A DNA stretch of 64,000 bases from Eutreptiella sp. 'Long Island Sound 2002' (GCA_964036045.1 OZ038378.1:53878001-53942000); one strand, 5' to 3'; shown: positions 33,020 through 46,979, counted from the stretch's first letter. The notes: generated by a model not told the origin, from the letters alone. Numbers and translations: made by a program.

Positions 33020-34885
33020 CAGGCGACCGTAGACGCCGGACCCACGAGTCCCGGCAGTGCGTCGCCAGGCGCATAAGCTGCAGCATCACCTTGTGGCGTG
33101 CCGCGAAAAACAGGCGGGCCGATAGTCCCGCACACAAGCGCCCCCCCAGGGGGAGGAGCGAGCGGCACCGCCCCAGTGGGGCCCCGCATAGCAGCGAACC
33201 CGCCACCAGGTGGCGCTCAATCAGGCCCGCCACGTTGCGCGCTCCCCAAGTGGCAAGCATGCACCCCGCAGTCGGTGATCCGGGGAGGCCGGGAGCGCCC
33301 GCCCTGCAAATGCCTCGTAATCCACCCACAACTCAGCCGAGGAGACTTCCGCCGACCACGGCATCCAAGCCAGCACCCTAGCCCACCTGACCAAGTCCTG
33401 GACAAAAGCTTGCGGCCACCGCCAGCCTGGCGGGGCCCCCGGCCAGAGGCGCGGTTGGTTGCGGATCGTGTCCCCTGGTAGGGGGCCGACGAAGTCGTCC
33501 CAGGGGAAGGGGTTGCGGGGCCGCGGATGCGGCTAGTCCGGGAACAGGGAGTCATCGTGGCCCGCCTGGTCCCCGCGGCCCGCAGCCATGCGGGCTGGGA
33601 GGACCGCCAAGTAACTCGTCCCAGAGCCCCCGATCCACCCCCTGCGTGAGCCGGAGGGGGAAGAGGCCCGCCCTCCGCAGGCAGGCCAGCCACTGATCCG
33701 GCGGCCCCAGTTGGGGGATGGCCGCCGCCGCGTCACTGAACCAGGGACGCCATGTCTCCCTGGCCTGCTCCCACTCCGGGCAGTCCCACAGAACGTGGAA
33801 TTCGTCCTCGTGCGCCGCAGTGGGGGCACGAGGAGTTGGTCCGCATGCCATGGCCCGACACCCTTGCCGCCGTCCACAGGCCCCGGCCATGAGGCCACGC
33901 AGCAGCGACTTCTCCAACTCAGTGGAGGCCGCACGCAGCGCCTCGCGGCAGGGCGGGCCATCTGCCCCGTCGCCGAGCCCCCGGCAGGTGACCGGGCGCC
34001 GTGCCTCAAGCTGGCGCAAGGAATGGCAGCGAAGGGTTTCCCGCACCCGATGTTGGATGTGGCGGAGGGGCTCTCGCACGAAGTGCAGCGGGTCCTCTTG
34101 TCCCGGGACGTCACACCACCACCAGCCCTCGCGCGGCCTCCGTCCCAGGGTGGCCGCCGTGTGGAGCGCGCGCCGCACCGGGCCCGTTCCGGGCGGGCGG
34201 CCGCCGGTCTCCCAAATGGCCTGGGTGAAAACCTGGGTGACCCCCGGCCGCGGGGCCACCCGGGCGAGCCAGAGAAGCCGTTCGTAACGCGTGTGCATGA
34301 CCGGGGAGACGCGGTGCCGACGATCTCCTTGGCCCGGGTCAGGTGTGTGGCTCCCCACAGGGCCCGCACGACCGCGATATCCTGTCCTTGCAGGTCGGGG
34401 TCCGTCACCGAGGCGACGGCCACTCCATGGAGCGCCAGTGGGGTGACCAGCGTGCCGATGACCCGCCCTCGGCCTTCGTAGGTGGAGAGGTGGGGGAGGC
34501 GGCGGAGTGCGCTCCGTACCGCTTCCAGGCGCCGGCACAGCACCGGCCCCTCGGCTCTGGAACCCCCAATGGCGACGTCGACGCCAAGTTGGCGTAAAGT
34601 CGCCGCCATCGGGATTGGGACACCCCGGAGCAGGAGCGCCGGGGCGCCCTGTTCCCCCTGGACCCAGGAGCAGGATTTGTCCATGCGGATGTCTTGGTCC
34701 GTGACTTGCAGCCACTACTCCGTCGCGGGGATTGTCCACTGCATGCAGGCCGCGCCCAAAGCCACTGCCTCGGTATCGTCCCCATAGCCCGAAGAGCCCA
34801 CCGTGGCGTAGCCGGGGCCCGCATACTTGAGGGGGATTGGGCCCCCCACCTCCAGGTCAGCCGCTACGTCCTCATCCATAACGAG
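33020..34885 (-). other. Inverted internal segment of the LINE ORF2
   Basis: The plus-strand reading stops at RTAALP (33019). Its natural continuation LVMDEDVAADLE..GYGDD starts on the minus strand at ~34885. The minus reading ends WVRRLRSP at ~33020 and continues on plus at ~34887 as ARMPPPLGDRFLMDY. Confidence 0.85.
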
Positions 34886-36094
34886 TGCCCGCATGCCGCC
34901 GCCGCTGGGTGACCGTTTCCTCATGGACTACTATCCCCGTCCCCTCGAGGGAGGGCCCCCCTTGCTGCCGTATGCTGGGAGGCCCCCACGGGCGCCACCC
35001 AGGAGCATCCCACTCGCCGCCCCACAGCGCAGCCGCCCGCCAGGGGCGGGCAGTGGCACTCAGGGCGCGCTCTGCTTGGAACATGGGGCGCCATCGTACC
35101 CCAGATGCAAAAGCCTGGGCTGGGGCATCAGACGCTGCTGCCGGGCGGACCACGAAGGGCACACTGACCCCTCGGCGGACCCGCGCTGTCCGAGGGTCCC
35201 GCCCCGGGTCGCGCCGGGCCGCCAGGTGCTCGTCCTCGAGGACCGGCGCGCAGGAGAGGCGGCGCTGTCCTCCTGGCTTGGACGGGCCCGCGCAGCCTCC
35301 CAGGCCCTCCCAGCCTCGGGCCCCCCGGCGTCTCGCCGGTGCACGCCCCCCCCCCCCCCCCCGGACGCTGGGCACCCGCTCCTCCTCTGCACTGGGGCCT
35401 GGCAACCCTAGACCCCTGAAACACCCTGCGCTTAACCTCCTGGCTTACCCGGGGGGCTTGGTAGATGAGGGGCCAGTAAGTTCGGGTGGGGGGAACGTTG
35501 ACCCGTTCTCCCCTCCACCAACGGCCGGGGCGGACAACCCCGGGCCGTTGCCCGCGGGCGCCGCTGCTTCTTGCGCCTACAGGGGCGCTTCCCGCGCCGT
35601 AGGGCTCTCTTGCCCCCCCCCCCCCCCCTCCCCAGACGAGCAGCCCCCCCCCCCCCCCCCCCCCCCTCCTCGCCGGCGGCTAGGCCACCGGTGTCGCTCC
35701 CCGACGTTTTTAGCCGCATCTCAGCGGCCCTCCACAGCCGGGCCGGGCCGCGGCGTCGGTCCCCGCCTAGGGGACGGAGGCGGCCCCAGCTAAAGGCCAC
35801 CGGGTTAGTAGCGGACATGCTCCGCGCGCGCCCCCCTCGCGCTGCGGCCGACGCCGCGGGGGGGGGGAGCTCCTCCTGTGACGCGCCCTCAGCGCCTGCC
35901 ACCCCAGTCCACACTGCCGCAGCAGCGGCCGCACGGTAGGGCAAGCAAGGAAGAGACCTAGTCCCTCCGGCTCGTCCCTCCTGGCCGCCATGCAGGCACA
36001 GGCGGGGCGCCTGTAGGGGAGGCCACGGGCGCCTGAACTCTACTCGGCCCACCTCCCCGCCCCTCTCCCTCTGTACATAGGCCAGCGGACGCTA

Positions 36095-36400
36095 AAAGAC
36101 GAATGTCCTGTTTGTATGTTTTTCACCCTATTTGGATGTTCGGGGGGGGGTCCCCAAGGGGGCTAGGGCACAACTTGCTTACGCAGTTTTCTAGCCTCTG
36201 TAGCTCAAAAATGGAAATTTCCGAAACTGATTTTTTTGATACTTTAACATTCAAAAACGATCAAATATCCTATGTAAAGCACATTTTAGCCCCTTTTTCT
36301 GTGTTTTTCACCCTATTTGCGTGTTGGGGGGGGGTCCCAAGGGGGCTGGGGCACAACCTGCTTATGCAGTTTTCTAGCCTCGGCAGCTCAAAAATGGTCG
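36095..36400. repeat. ~186-bp repeat, about 1.6 copies; inverted member of the family at 1-670
   Basis: TTTTCACCCTATTTG..GGGCACAAC-TGCTTA-GCAGTTTT recurs at ~36119 and ~36305. Confidence 0.75.
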
Positions 36401-37561
36401 TCCCTCTCCCCTATTCGAGGTGCCTTGCCGAAGGCAATACAATTCTGCGGTAGTGTTATTTTTGGTATGGTAATTACCATTGAAGCCCCTGCTGCACCTG
36501 CCCCTTAGTAGCCTATTGGGTGACCTTCAGTAGTTTTGATGTGGTGCTGGTTGTGCGGTCCACTGCGACCCAGGTGGTGGTGAAAGTGATGGTGCAAGTG
36601 CACCAGAAATCCAAACCCGGGAGGATTTGCAAGAGAATGGGAACCCCGGTACCAACAACTGGCGCTCAACATTGTGGAGGAAAGGGGGTCTATTTTTGTT
36701 TTTGTATCTGTCTACCCAGAATAGTTCACCCAAGTTTATTTATATCAACATCCATGCAGGGACGAGCAGGAATTAATAGCATCCATGTAGGGACCACCAA
36801 GAATTAACAGCGTCCATATGGACAGCATCCATTGAGACCACCAGGTGTCAACAGCAACCATCCAAGGATCATCAACAAATAATAGCAACCGTCATGGACC
36901 ATGAGGAAGTACCAGCATTCATCCACAGACCGTGGTGCTGTCAAAGGAGCTTGGCGCTGCAAAGAACCACTTCCAAAATAATCTGCTCAGAGCGCAAAAA
37001 ACCCCCCAAAAAGTTTGTTTTTTGGTGCAACTACCAACAAAATTTAGAAATTGCTGCAAAATTTCACAATCTGCCATTCTAGTGTTTTGGAGACCGTGCA
37101 CAAATTTTGCCTAAGTAAAATTCATATTGCCTGGTGAAGAAAATAGTATTTAACAGAATTCAAGTATTTGTATGGTAGCACACAGCCCTTTTGACTCTTG
37201 TGTACACTGCCCCATTGCATGGGGCAGTGGGGGGTGGGGCTCATTCAATGCAATGCTTTATTGCATGGGGTAGTGGGCAGTGGCGATCGATTTGTGTGCT
37301 GCCTCGATGTATTGGGAAGTGTGCAGTGTACAGTGGGGATCCTTTCGTACACTTTCTCGTTGCATTGGGCAGTGGGCAGTGGGGACCTTCCTCCATCCTT
37401 CCCTATGTGTCTCCTTCCCTTCCTCCCTCCGTCTCCCCCTCTTTCCTGCTACCTTCTCTCTTCCTGCCCACCTTTCTTTCCTTTCTTTCTTGTCTCTGCC
37501 CTCCCACCAACACCCGCTTCCCTCCCCTGTGTCCTGGGCTGCCTTGCTCTCAAGGTTGCAG

Positions 37562-37917
37562 ATTATGACACACAGAATCAGAGCGTAGATGAGCTCTACA
37601 AATTGATTGCGTCCCTTGGCAAAACAATGGAGAGCTTGGCCACTGATGTGACCAGCGCAACGAGTGGTCACATGTTGGAGGAGGCGCTGCAGTTGCGCAT
37701 TGAGAGTCTTGTCAACGAGATTTTCCGCTTGGACAAGCATAAGGTAGACCGGGGGGAGCTGCAGCAGTGGACCGAGCAGGCGATCAAAGCTGCGGCGGGT
37801 ACCCGCACAGGCTACAACTGCTTGTCATGTGATGGCGTTGCGGGCCCCATCCCATTGCCTCTGAACCGGAAGTCAGAGGAATTCCCGCCATCTTCGATGT
37901 TTATCTCGTCGCTACAG
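37562..37917 (+). CDS. Internal exon of a host gene, DUF4795 (QRICH2/C16orf96)-like coiled-coil plus CLSCD motif
   Basis: Flanked by TTGCAG| and CAG|GT. Encodes RLDKHKVDRGEL..AAAGTRTGYNCLSCD, similar to the KVDR..AAA..CLSCD pattern of that family. Confidence 0.6.
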
Positions 37918-38099
37918 GTCTGGTTGGTTCGTCTGTATGCGTGTTCTCTGTTCTGGCACAGGCAGAGGTTGGGCAAAGTCCAAAAGGATCAATTTAAATG
38001 GGGTACATTTTGTAGTGCGTCAATTTCATGTTGGACAGGTTGTTTCTCCGTTTCGGCAGTCCAGTAGAGTCACACCGTATCCTATTTCGACGATATAGA

Positions 38100-39690
38100 T
38101 TGGATGGAGTATGTATCAGGGGGCTGAGGTGAGGAAATTGGGGGATGAGGTCTGCATCACGGGGTTTTGATATGTATCACAGGGGATGACTTGTGTCTCA
38201 CAGGGGATGAAGCGTGTTTCACGGATGATGGCGCATGTGTCACGGGGGGGAGGGGTATGCATCACTTGGGAAAGGGTGTGCACTGCGGAGGATTGGGTAA
38301 TTTTCACGGGGATGGGCAATGTTTGACGGGGTTCATGCAGTACAGACGTCTGTTTTGAAATGCAACACCCAGGTGTCACAAATAAAGCTGCCCAACAAAA
38401 GTTCACAGAAATGCGTTCACCACAGAATCGCACCCAGGCTGACCCTGTTTGCAAATATCTTCTTCCTATCTACTCCTCTTTAGAAATGTACGTCCCCGTG
38501 GTTCCTGCACTGCGAGATGTACAGTCCCACATGTCCCCAAAAGCCCGTCAACTCGGGAGGGACGCGCATTAGCTCATCCACGTGACACATACTGTAATTC
38601 CCCATGACACAGGACCTGTGGCCTGTGATACACATCCCATTCACATGATGCATACCTCATCCCTTGTGATACATACCTCATCAATACTGTGAGTGCCATG
38701 CAAGCACGATTTCTGAAGGTTTTGGAGCTGTTGCTAAAGTCAAAGAATGATTGTTCCCACACATTCAGCCAAGTTTAGGTCACTGCTCCCACACAATTTG
38801 GCAAGTTTAGTCACAACATCATTTTATATTCGTTATTGAGTCCAATTGAAAAAAAGCACACCACCATCGAGAAAAGTGGTGAGCAGAGGTGGTGTTGTGA
38901 AAAGGTGCAGGCCATTAACACAATGTTGGTGGTACCTTGGTTTGGTGGGGCAGCATCTGTGATTGTTTGCCCGTATTGTAGAAGTTTGACCACCGTAATT
39001 TGGCAGTGAAGACGACGTCATGTGACGTGGAATGTGTTCTTTGTCCGTCTAGAGTAGAGTGCACCCTACAAAGCAGCACAACATGAAGCATGGCACTCAC
39101 AAGGTATATGTGTTTTTTTTCCTTGACTGCCTTAGTGCCTCTGCCACAATGGACGTTGAACCAAGCCATCCCTGACATGTCAATTTCTGCATGTTGTATG
39201 CGCCGCAATTGGCAAGGGTTCACAATTTTAGGTTGTTTTTTTTATCACAATTTTCTTACGAGTGTGCAAAATTGGCTGGGGACCACAGGGCCAGCCACTT
39301 AGGATGCCTTTACAGAATGACGCATGTGACCAAGAGGGGTGGTTTGTATCACAAGGGATTATGTATGTACTACAAGCAATGAGCTGTGTATCAAAAGAGT
39401 AAGGAATGTATCACGGTGGATAAGGTATGTCTCACGGGCCATGGGGTTTAAATCACAGGGGAGAGGGTATGTATTACGGGGGCTAGTGTATGTATCTCGA
39501 AGGATAAAGGATGTCTTAGTGAGAAAGAGTAATGCATCACCGGAGATGAGTTATGTATCATGGGGGATGGGTTGTGCATTTTTAGGGGACGAGATATGTA
39601 GGGTATGGGGTAGGTATCACCCGTGGACGAGGTATCTCTCGCGAGGGGTAACCTATGCATCAACGAGGATTATGCATGATTCACATTGAA
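38100..39690. repeat. Diverged GTATCACGGGGATG-type repeat clusters (38100-38350 and 39320-39690 forward, ~38560-38700 reverse)
   Basis: Recurring ATGTATCAC/GGGGATGA motifs and their complement. Confidence 0.5.
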
Positions 39691-39824
39691 GTTGGATTTA
39701 GATTTGGTGGAAGTTGTTGCGGCCTTGGAGGCCTTTCTACTAGACGGAATGCCATCTATGTCTATTCTACCAAGCAGTGTCCTCGTGCTCTGCTATGGTG
39801 GGCATTGGGGCTGCAGCTGTAAAT

Positions 39825-40400
39825 TGCCTCACTGCATGAGGCAGCTGGCAAGGGGGCTCCTCAAAACGCTGCCTCGCTGCATGAAACAGTGGGTGGTGGG
39901 GCACTCGCTGTACATTGCCTCATTGCATGGGGCATTGGGTAGTGGGGCTCCATTAGAACACTGCCTCGCTACATGGGACAGTTGGCAGTGGGGCTCATTC
40001 ACTACACTGCCTCACTGCATGGGGCACTGGGCAGTGAGGCTCCCACAGTACATTGCCTCATTGCATGGGGTAGTGGGGCTCATTGAGTACATTGTCTTTG
40101 TGAACATTGCCTCACTACATGGGCTGGTGGACTGTGGGGATCCTTCAGTACATTGCTTGGGGTTTCTTCTGCACATTGCCTCGCTTCATGGGCTAGTGGG
40201 CAGTGGGTATCCTTGTGCACACTGCCTCACTACATGGGGGAGTGGAAGGTGGGGATCATGCATTACACTACCCACCACACGGGTCCCTGAGAGGTTGGGA
40301 TCGTGCGGTATATGCCCCACTACCTTGGAAGTGGGAAGTGGGTATCCTTCGCTCCACGGGTTGTGGGGACCCTTCAATAGTTTGCTTCGTTGTCGCGGCA
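39825..40400. repeat. Diverged ~60-bp repeat (CATTGCCTCACTGCATGGGG-AGTGGG), also present at ~37200-37390
   Basis: About 9 recurrences of CA(C/T)TGCCTC..CATGGG. Confidence 0.75.
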
Positions 40401-41089
40401 CAAGTGGGCAGCGGGGCTACTTGGGCTTAGTCGGCTTCTTAGGTCAACACCAAGGGGGGCTGCGTCTTCGAATTTCAGACCCCCCCTCCCTTCCAGACCC
40501 CCCAAAGTTTTCCAACCCGTCTCTCTGCAGTTTGAGATGTTGGGGGAAAATGTGAGGTTTTTTTTGCATTTGGGACACCACCGATAAACTATACCCCTTT
40601 GAGCTTTCCGTGGTATGCCGTGCACAAGACCAGTAAGAACTGCTTCATGTTCGCAAAGTCTGGTCCACTCCATAGAGCGCAGCAGAGCCAAACTGTCAAG
40701 TGAACCCATCATCTACAACAATCTGAGCCATTGCGTTGTGCATCGGCTCTACTGTAGGGACTACCCATTTTCAGCTTTGCCTTTTAGTAACCCACCGACA
40801 TTTCCACCGTTTTTTATCTGTTCTCACTCCGTTGCAGTGTGAAGAACGTGCCAAAGCAAACTAGTGCAAATATTACTACCTTTCGAAGTGCATTCCTATC
40901 AATGCGCTCTATAGAGCGCTGTTTTGATCAAACTACAATCACTTGAAGAGAGATTGTTAGATCAAGCTAGGACGTTACCTAAGAGCCTGTTTTTTTTCTC
41001 TCTTACGTAGGGTTGGTTGTAGGGTTACCCTGAACTATATAGGACCGCCGTGAGGGGCTTTGTTCCACTGGCCCGGTGAGGGCCCTTTT

Positions 41090-41965
41090 TGAACCCCTGT
41101 TCGGGGTCCCCCGAGAACGAAGGGGTGCTGTAGCATTTCTGCCCTCATTTGGGCCCCCGACAAGGTAGGGGTGAGGCAGCCACTTCTGATTTTGCTCCCC
41201 GCGCTTGGCATTGGGGATGCAGGTGTGACATAGCATTTCCGCCCTCTTGTGGGGCCGCGAGAAGGTAGGGGTGAGGTAGCCACTTTTGATTTCATTCCCC
41301 TTTGTTGGCGACCACTCCTAATTTTGCTGCCCACCCTTGGCGTTCGGGACCCCCGAGAATGCAGGGGTGACATAGCATTTCCGTCCTCTTTTGGGCCCCC
41401 GAGAAGGCAGGGGTGAGGCAGCCACTTCCGATTTTTTCCCCCTTTGTTGGCGACCACTCCTGATTTTGCTCCCCACGCTTGGCGTTGGGCACCCCTAAGA
41501 ATGCAGGGCTCACATAGCATTTACGCCCTGTTTTGGGCCCTTGAGAAGGCAAGGGTGAGGCAGCCACATTTGATTTTGCTCCCCGCGTTTGGCTTTGGGG
41601 ATCCCCAAGAAGGTAGGAGTGATGCACCCACTTCTGATTTTGTTCCCCGTTGTTGGGGATCCCCGAGAATGCAGGGGTGATGTAGCATTTCCGCCCTCCT
41701 TTGGGCCCCCGAGAAGGCAGGGGTGAGGCGGCCACTTCCGATTTTATTCCCCTTTGTTGGTGACCACTCCTGATTTTGCTCCCCACACCTGGCGTTGGGG
41801 ACCCCCGAGAATGCAGGGGTGACGTAGCATTTACGCCCTCTTTTGGGCCCCTGAGAAGGCAGGGCTGAGGCAGCCACATTTGATTTTGCTCCCCGCGTTT
41901 GGCGTTGGGCATCCCCAAGAAGGCAGGAGTGATGCACCCACTTCTGATTTTGTTCCCCTTTGTTG
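41090..41965. repeat. Composite tandem repeat (GGGGTGAGGCAGCCACTTCTGATTTTGCTCCCC / GAGAATGCAGGGGTGA), related to the 85-bp family
   Basis: The core GCCACTTCTGATTTTG is shared with the 85-bp repeat and recurs many times. Confidence 0.8.
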
Positions 41966-44900
41966 GGGAACCTTATCTTATTCTCGTGTTTTTTTTGCTC
42001 TCATACGCCTGTGGGGGGCATTGGTGGGAAGGCACAAAATTCATGTTTTGTTTGATCCACCTCATGTTGGAGCATGCAAAAAGTGAGTCACCAACCCCAC
42101 TTTACTTTGCATGCACTTTCTCGTGTCCTCGCCAAGCCACACCTGCCAATCGAATTCATTGATGAAGTAGGCAAGCAAGATTTGTGACTCGGCAAGAAGC
42201 TTGCCACCCTTACTACTACTTGTGATGACTATAGTATTAGGGCAACCCTTAACGCCGAGGTATGTATGACATTTACAGGTTGTAGTCTCCGCCACTCACA
42301 TGTGCATGTGTGGAAATTTGTTTCCAGTGGCGTGGGTTTGGAAGAGTGCATGCCTAGTGCCTGCTCATAGTGGTGTGTCACTATTGAGCACATCATACGT
42401 CCACTGCTAACCCTACATTTGGTCGAAGTCCTTTCTTACCCTCCGACCCAAATGATTATACCACCATTGGATTGTGCGGTTCAAGCACACAATGTGTATT
42501 GTATTTGCGGACGGTGTGGGATAGAATGCAATGGGCTATGTGAGTGGGTTGCATTCCCATTGGAAATCATACAAAGCTAGCACAATTATACTTTGTAGTC
42601 AAGGAATTCTTGCGTCACCGGCAACACAAGGCAAAGGCCCAACCTTTGAGACCTGAGAAGACGTGAGAAGAGAAAAGGGAAATTAAATCCCCCTCAAAAA
42701 TTTTGGAGACGGCCAGTAAGTGATTCCACACTATCATTGATGTTAGGCATGCTGCTATGTTTGTTGATGCCGCCATATGTGGCAGTACTTTGCCAACAGT
42801 CATACCCCCCTCTTGAAATACCCCCCCCCCCTAGCACGTAATGGTCTCCCCCCTTATGGGGGGGGGTCACCAAGCGACGGTCTCCCCCCTTGGGGAAATT
42901 GCACCCAACTTGATGCACCAAGATTCGTCCACATAGTATATGCCACCAGGGCATGCATCTCAGCCAAAGGGCTTTGTCAAGCACACATGCATGCAGCCAA
43001 GCTACATCGGCGCATCATGGTTGATGCTAAAGATTCGGCAGGGGCTAATCCACATCCCTAGTCTGATTCATGGAGTCCGTAATGGATGGTCGCGATAGTG
43101 GTAGGGGTGGCGGGAGTGGCAATGGTACTAGCAGTTGTCTCTTGTAACCAACACAGCTGCCACTATGAGCAATTCAAAAACCGAGGCAACTCTTCCCCCT
43201 CCACCAGCCAAGAAACAGTTCCGTCAAACAAGAGTGCGCGCAAGCCAAAATACTACACAACTAGCGGCCCGTGGTGCTATTGAAGTGGATTCAAAATCCA
43301 TTCCAGCCCCATTACCGTAAATGGTAAGGGAGGTAGGCGAGGTAACTGTCAACGTGACCGTGACCTCGGCTAACCACTTACCTGTGCGAGGGAGGGGCTA
43401 ACCGGGCTTGTCAAGCCAACCTCGCAACCAACATTGTGGCGGGAACGTGGCACTTCGTGAGTTGATCCCATGATCAGGAACTTGTGATTGGCCACATGTG
43501 GATTTGCAAGACGGATCAGCTCTTTTTGAGGAGTGGGTGAGCACGTATATGCGGGTGGTTGCCTAGGGGAAAGGGGAGGGTGGGTCTTTTCGCTTTAAAT
43601 GAGGTTGTGTGTGTGGGGGGGGGGGATTGTTTTTTACATCCCTACAACTCTCATCAGCTGCACGAGTTGAGACACAATCAATACACAAAAAGGGTTGACA
43701 TCTCTTCACCACATGCGGCTATGGTGAGCAACACATTGGTCCCGGGGTCCCTGCTCAGTGGACGATGTGGAATTCCTTAATGGTTAAATTCACATCCACT
43801 AGAACCACATGCCCGCGTGCCATCCCACCCTTCGGCCGCATGACCCATGCCGTCACAAGGCCCATGGTAGTCCTCAAATGCACGATGTGCAGCAACCCGC
43901 TATGGCATAGGATTGCCCCCTTTCCAAAGAATTGTCTTGGCTGAACTTGCGGCCGTATGTGGTGGCCACTTGATGGCTAGTGGTGGTGGCGGCACAACAA
44001 CTCCGCCGGACTGCATAGCCTTCTTTGGCTGCCAACAGACATCTTTAAGCCGGCTGTGTCATACCCTTTGATGCCAGGGTGTGCATGCAAGGACCTTCTT
44101 GCCCTGTCTAGGTTACATTGTATCCACACTCGGCATTGGCAACAGTCGGCTTGCGGAACTCTACAGCGGCAATCTACAGCCTTCATTTGCAATGCGGCTA
44201 CTGGAGGCCTGCGCTCCCGTTGCCACAATTCGTCACAACTGCGCGCATTTTGCTTCAGTGTATGCACAAATCAGAGTGACACACGCCTTTATAGCTCTTG
44301 ATGCAAATGACGGTTGTGAGGATTGTCGGCTAGGTCCAACACGATGTACTCATGGTTCGTTATATCCCGCATGATGGGACTACCCCGTCAATTGATATTG
44401 GTATCGGCAATGGTGCGGTGCTTTTTCGCTAGAGAGGCGAGATCATCATCACAATCGGAGTCACGTCCATACTTCTTGGCTGCTGACTACTCTTTGGGCC
44501 GCACCGGACTGGTAAATACGTGAGCCTTTGGCACATTGTTTAGGCATGTGCTTCCTTGTGCCTTTGCCTGTTCCTTGGACACATTGACCGCCATGCTGGC
44601 GGTGTTGCCCCCCTTCTTCCGTTTTGGGGTTTCTCTAATAAATGCCTCTTGCTTTGCATTGCTGCGACTACTTTCATTTGACCCTTGTTGGGCAAAGCTC
44701 AATCAATCATCGCAATTTACTGTGACCATTCCACTAGCTACTTGGCACAATCTTTAGCAATGGAAAGGCTAACCCGGCGGCATAGGTGGAAAAAATGCAG
44801 CCCCGAGAGCATGAAGCACAGCACCCAACACTCCAATGCAACACTCACACGACACGTGGTTTGATGAAAACTCTTCGTTGAGCCCACCGTTGCGAAGTAC

Positions 44901-46907
44901 TACCCTTCCTACGGCACTCACCAATCATGGAGCTTGTTCTTGTCCGTCTTCTTTCGCATGTACTTTGCACGTGGCACCGTATAGTAAGGGTCACCGCTAG
45001 CAGATATGCTGCAAGAGAAGAAAGGGCCGCATGTATGGGGACAGATTGTTAGCGTGATATGTTGCAAGGGCAATCACCCTTGGGGCATGCTAGAACACCC
45101 AATTTCATTGTAGGCTAGAACTTGTAGCCTTGAATGTTTTAGCCTAGGTTTGAATGCCTAGGTACTCCTTGCGTGCGTTGGTGGGCTGCGGGCGAGTACA
45201 TGGCTTCAAGCAGTGTCGAGCAACTCAACCCCCAAGAGTAGCAGCCCGGCACATTGGGGCAGTGGCCGGCAGCTCCTCGGTGAAGAGACACCCATAAGAC
45301 GTGACCCAATCAATGGTCAGTGATTACGGGATGAGGAAGGTGAAAGGCTCTAACCTCACCAGTCGCGCCGTGCCATGAACGCCGCACACCGACCCCTGCA
45401 ACTCTTGCACAAATGCGTGGCAGCTATTTGACAATATCTAGATGAAGAGCAAGGTGAATGATAAGGATGTTTGCTCTATCCACTACAACGCACTTCAACG
45501 GGTAGTTTAGAGAGCTTTAAATTTCAAGCCTTCGAAGGGTCTTGGGTTGGCTCCCTCAAGATGGAGAAAACAGCACTTGCAAAGGAAGTTCCAAGGGCTT
45601 TCAGATTCGATGCTTTCCCAAGCTCTCACATAATCTTGTGTTGGCCCTCTAAGGTTAGAAACCCTATACTTTCAATTGCAAATGAAAGGGGCTTTGAATT
45701 TAAATGCTTCACAGCACAAGATTTTCTGCAAGGTGTGCATTTGTGTTCCAGTTGCGTGCTGCACAACACGCACAACAAAAAAAGCACAAAAAAAAGCTTT
45801 TTGGAAATGGCATTACAAGCAATGGGGGCAGACTAGGACTCTGATTACGAGCACCCGTAGGAAAAACACGCCGAAATCGCTTTGGATGTTTCCCATCCCC
45901 AAGGATTTTGGAAGGCCTGCCCCCAACTTCAGTTGGGATTTGTCTAGATTTCAGCTGGGATTTTGGTCCAGAAATCGCTTTCGAATTTTTGCCATCCCTA
46001 GTCATGATCCGAGTGTTTGCCTAGCATGTGGCGTTGAGAAATTGGAGATTTATTGTTCACAATGCTGGGAAGGATGCCAAGAATTCCGTGTTGTGCGTTG
46101 GAGAGATCATTCAGTTGGATTGCTATGTGTTGTGCCTACCCACTGCCCACATGCCTGCCCACAGCCCATATGGCAGTATGATGTCAAGTGGTGGCGATGA
46201 TCGGATGCATCTCTTGCTGCGCTCCTCTTGCTCCTCTACCCACACCACAGCACACCAACACAGGAGTATGTTTCGCACCACACCGCACTAGACATGCCAC
46301 GCTGCATCCGGGTCACTTGTGCGATATATGGCTCCCATACAGTCACTCTCTCCCATCGTTCTTATGCTGTCAGCTCATTTCAGTTCCGCAATCCAATCCC
46401 TGCAGCTTGCGCAGGGTCCACCAAAAAGGGGGGGGGGGTTCAGAACTGAGGGGCATTTTTGAATTCCCTGTATCATTCGGAGCATTTTTGAACAAAAGCA
46501 CCCGGCGAGCCGTGTACCTGCATTGGGACTGGTAGGTCATTCTGGCCCGTTCTAGCCAATCTGGGCTGGCTGGCCGAATAAAAAAGTTGGAAGCCCATTT
46601 ACCCCCAAACCGTCCACCCCACGCAGCGGGGTGAAAACATGTTGTGTGTGTGGCTCGGGGGTGCCCGCTGGCAGTGCAGAAACAAACGGGGGGGCTTCAG
46701 GTTTCAAATCAGCTCGTGGTCAAAAAGAATTTCACCGGAACGCCGCCGGAATGTGTTTCCAGATCACCACCTGAAAGGCCCCAGCAGGCACCGAACCAAA
46801 ATTTTGTTAACCCAAAAAATGCTTTTGGAGGGCAGGGGTCCTTGGTAACTTACTCTGAAACAAAACAAAGCCCAAAAAAACACATGTACCACTTGGGTCA
46901 CCCCTCA

Positions 46908-46976
<69 letters not shown>
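46908..46976. repeat. (CA)n microsatellite
   Basis: Directly visible. Confidence 0.97.

Positions 46977-46979
<3 letters not shown>

Larger units (their letters stand above)
25600..36085 (+). mobile_element. APE-type non-LTR retrotransposon (LINE), degenerate, with a nested insertion and an internal inversion
   Basis: Very GC-rich block. Endonuclease motifs LRVAHSNVTSL and DAVLLSEIRL at ~28342-28440. RT motifs (AFGF..RSALDGAAVT, GMSIDCIKCF, NGILQGCPL) at ~32300-32970. GYGDD, the thumb region and the HEDEFHVLWDCPEW Zn-finger-like motif lie on the minus strand in 33020-34885. Boundaries are approximate. Confidence 0.85.

Noticed and set aside
25600-36085. Many long overlapping ORFs in all six frames
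   Set aside because: These are expected from very high GC content. Only frames with LINE motifs were accepted, and some frameshifts at long C/G homopolymers may be sequencing errors.
36400-36470. tRNA-like or other structured RNA
   Set aside because: No cloverleaf or conserved D/T-loop boxes could be built, and no rRNA or tRNA genes were recognised anywhere in the window.
42500-46300. Scattered short ORFs as genes
   Set aside because: No recognisable motifs or consistent splice structure; probably old decayed repeat sequence.
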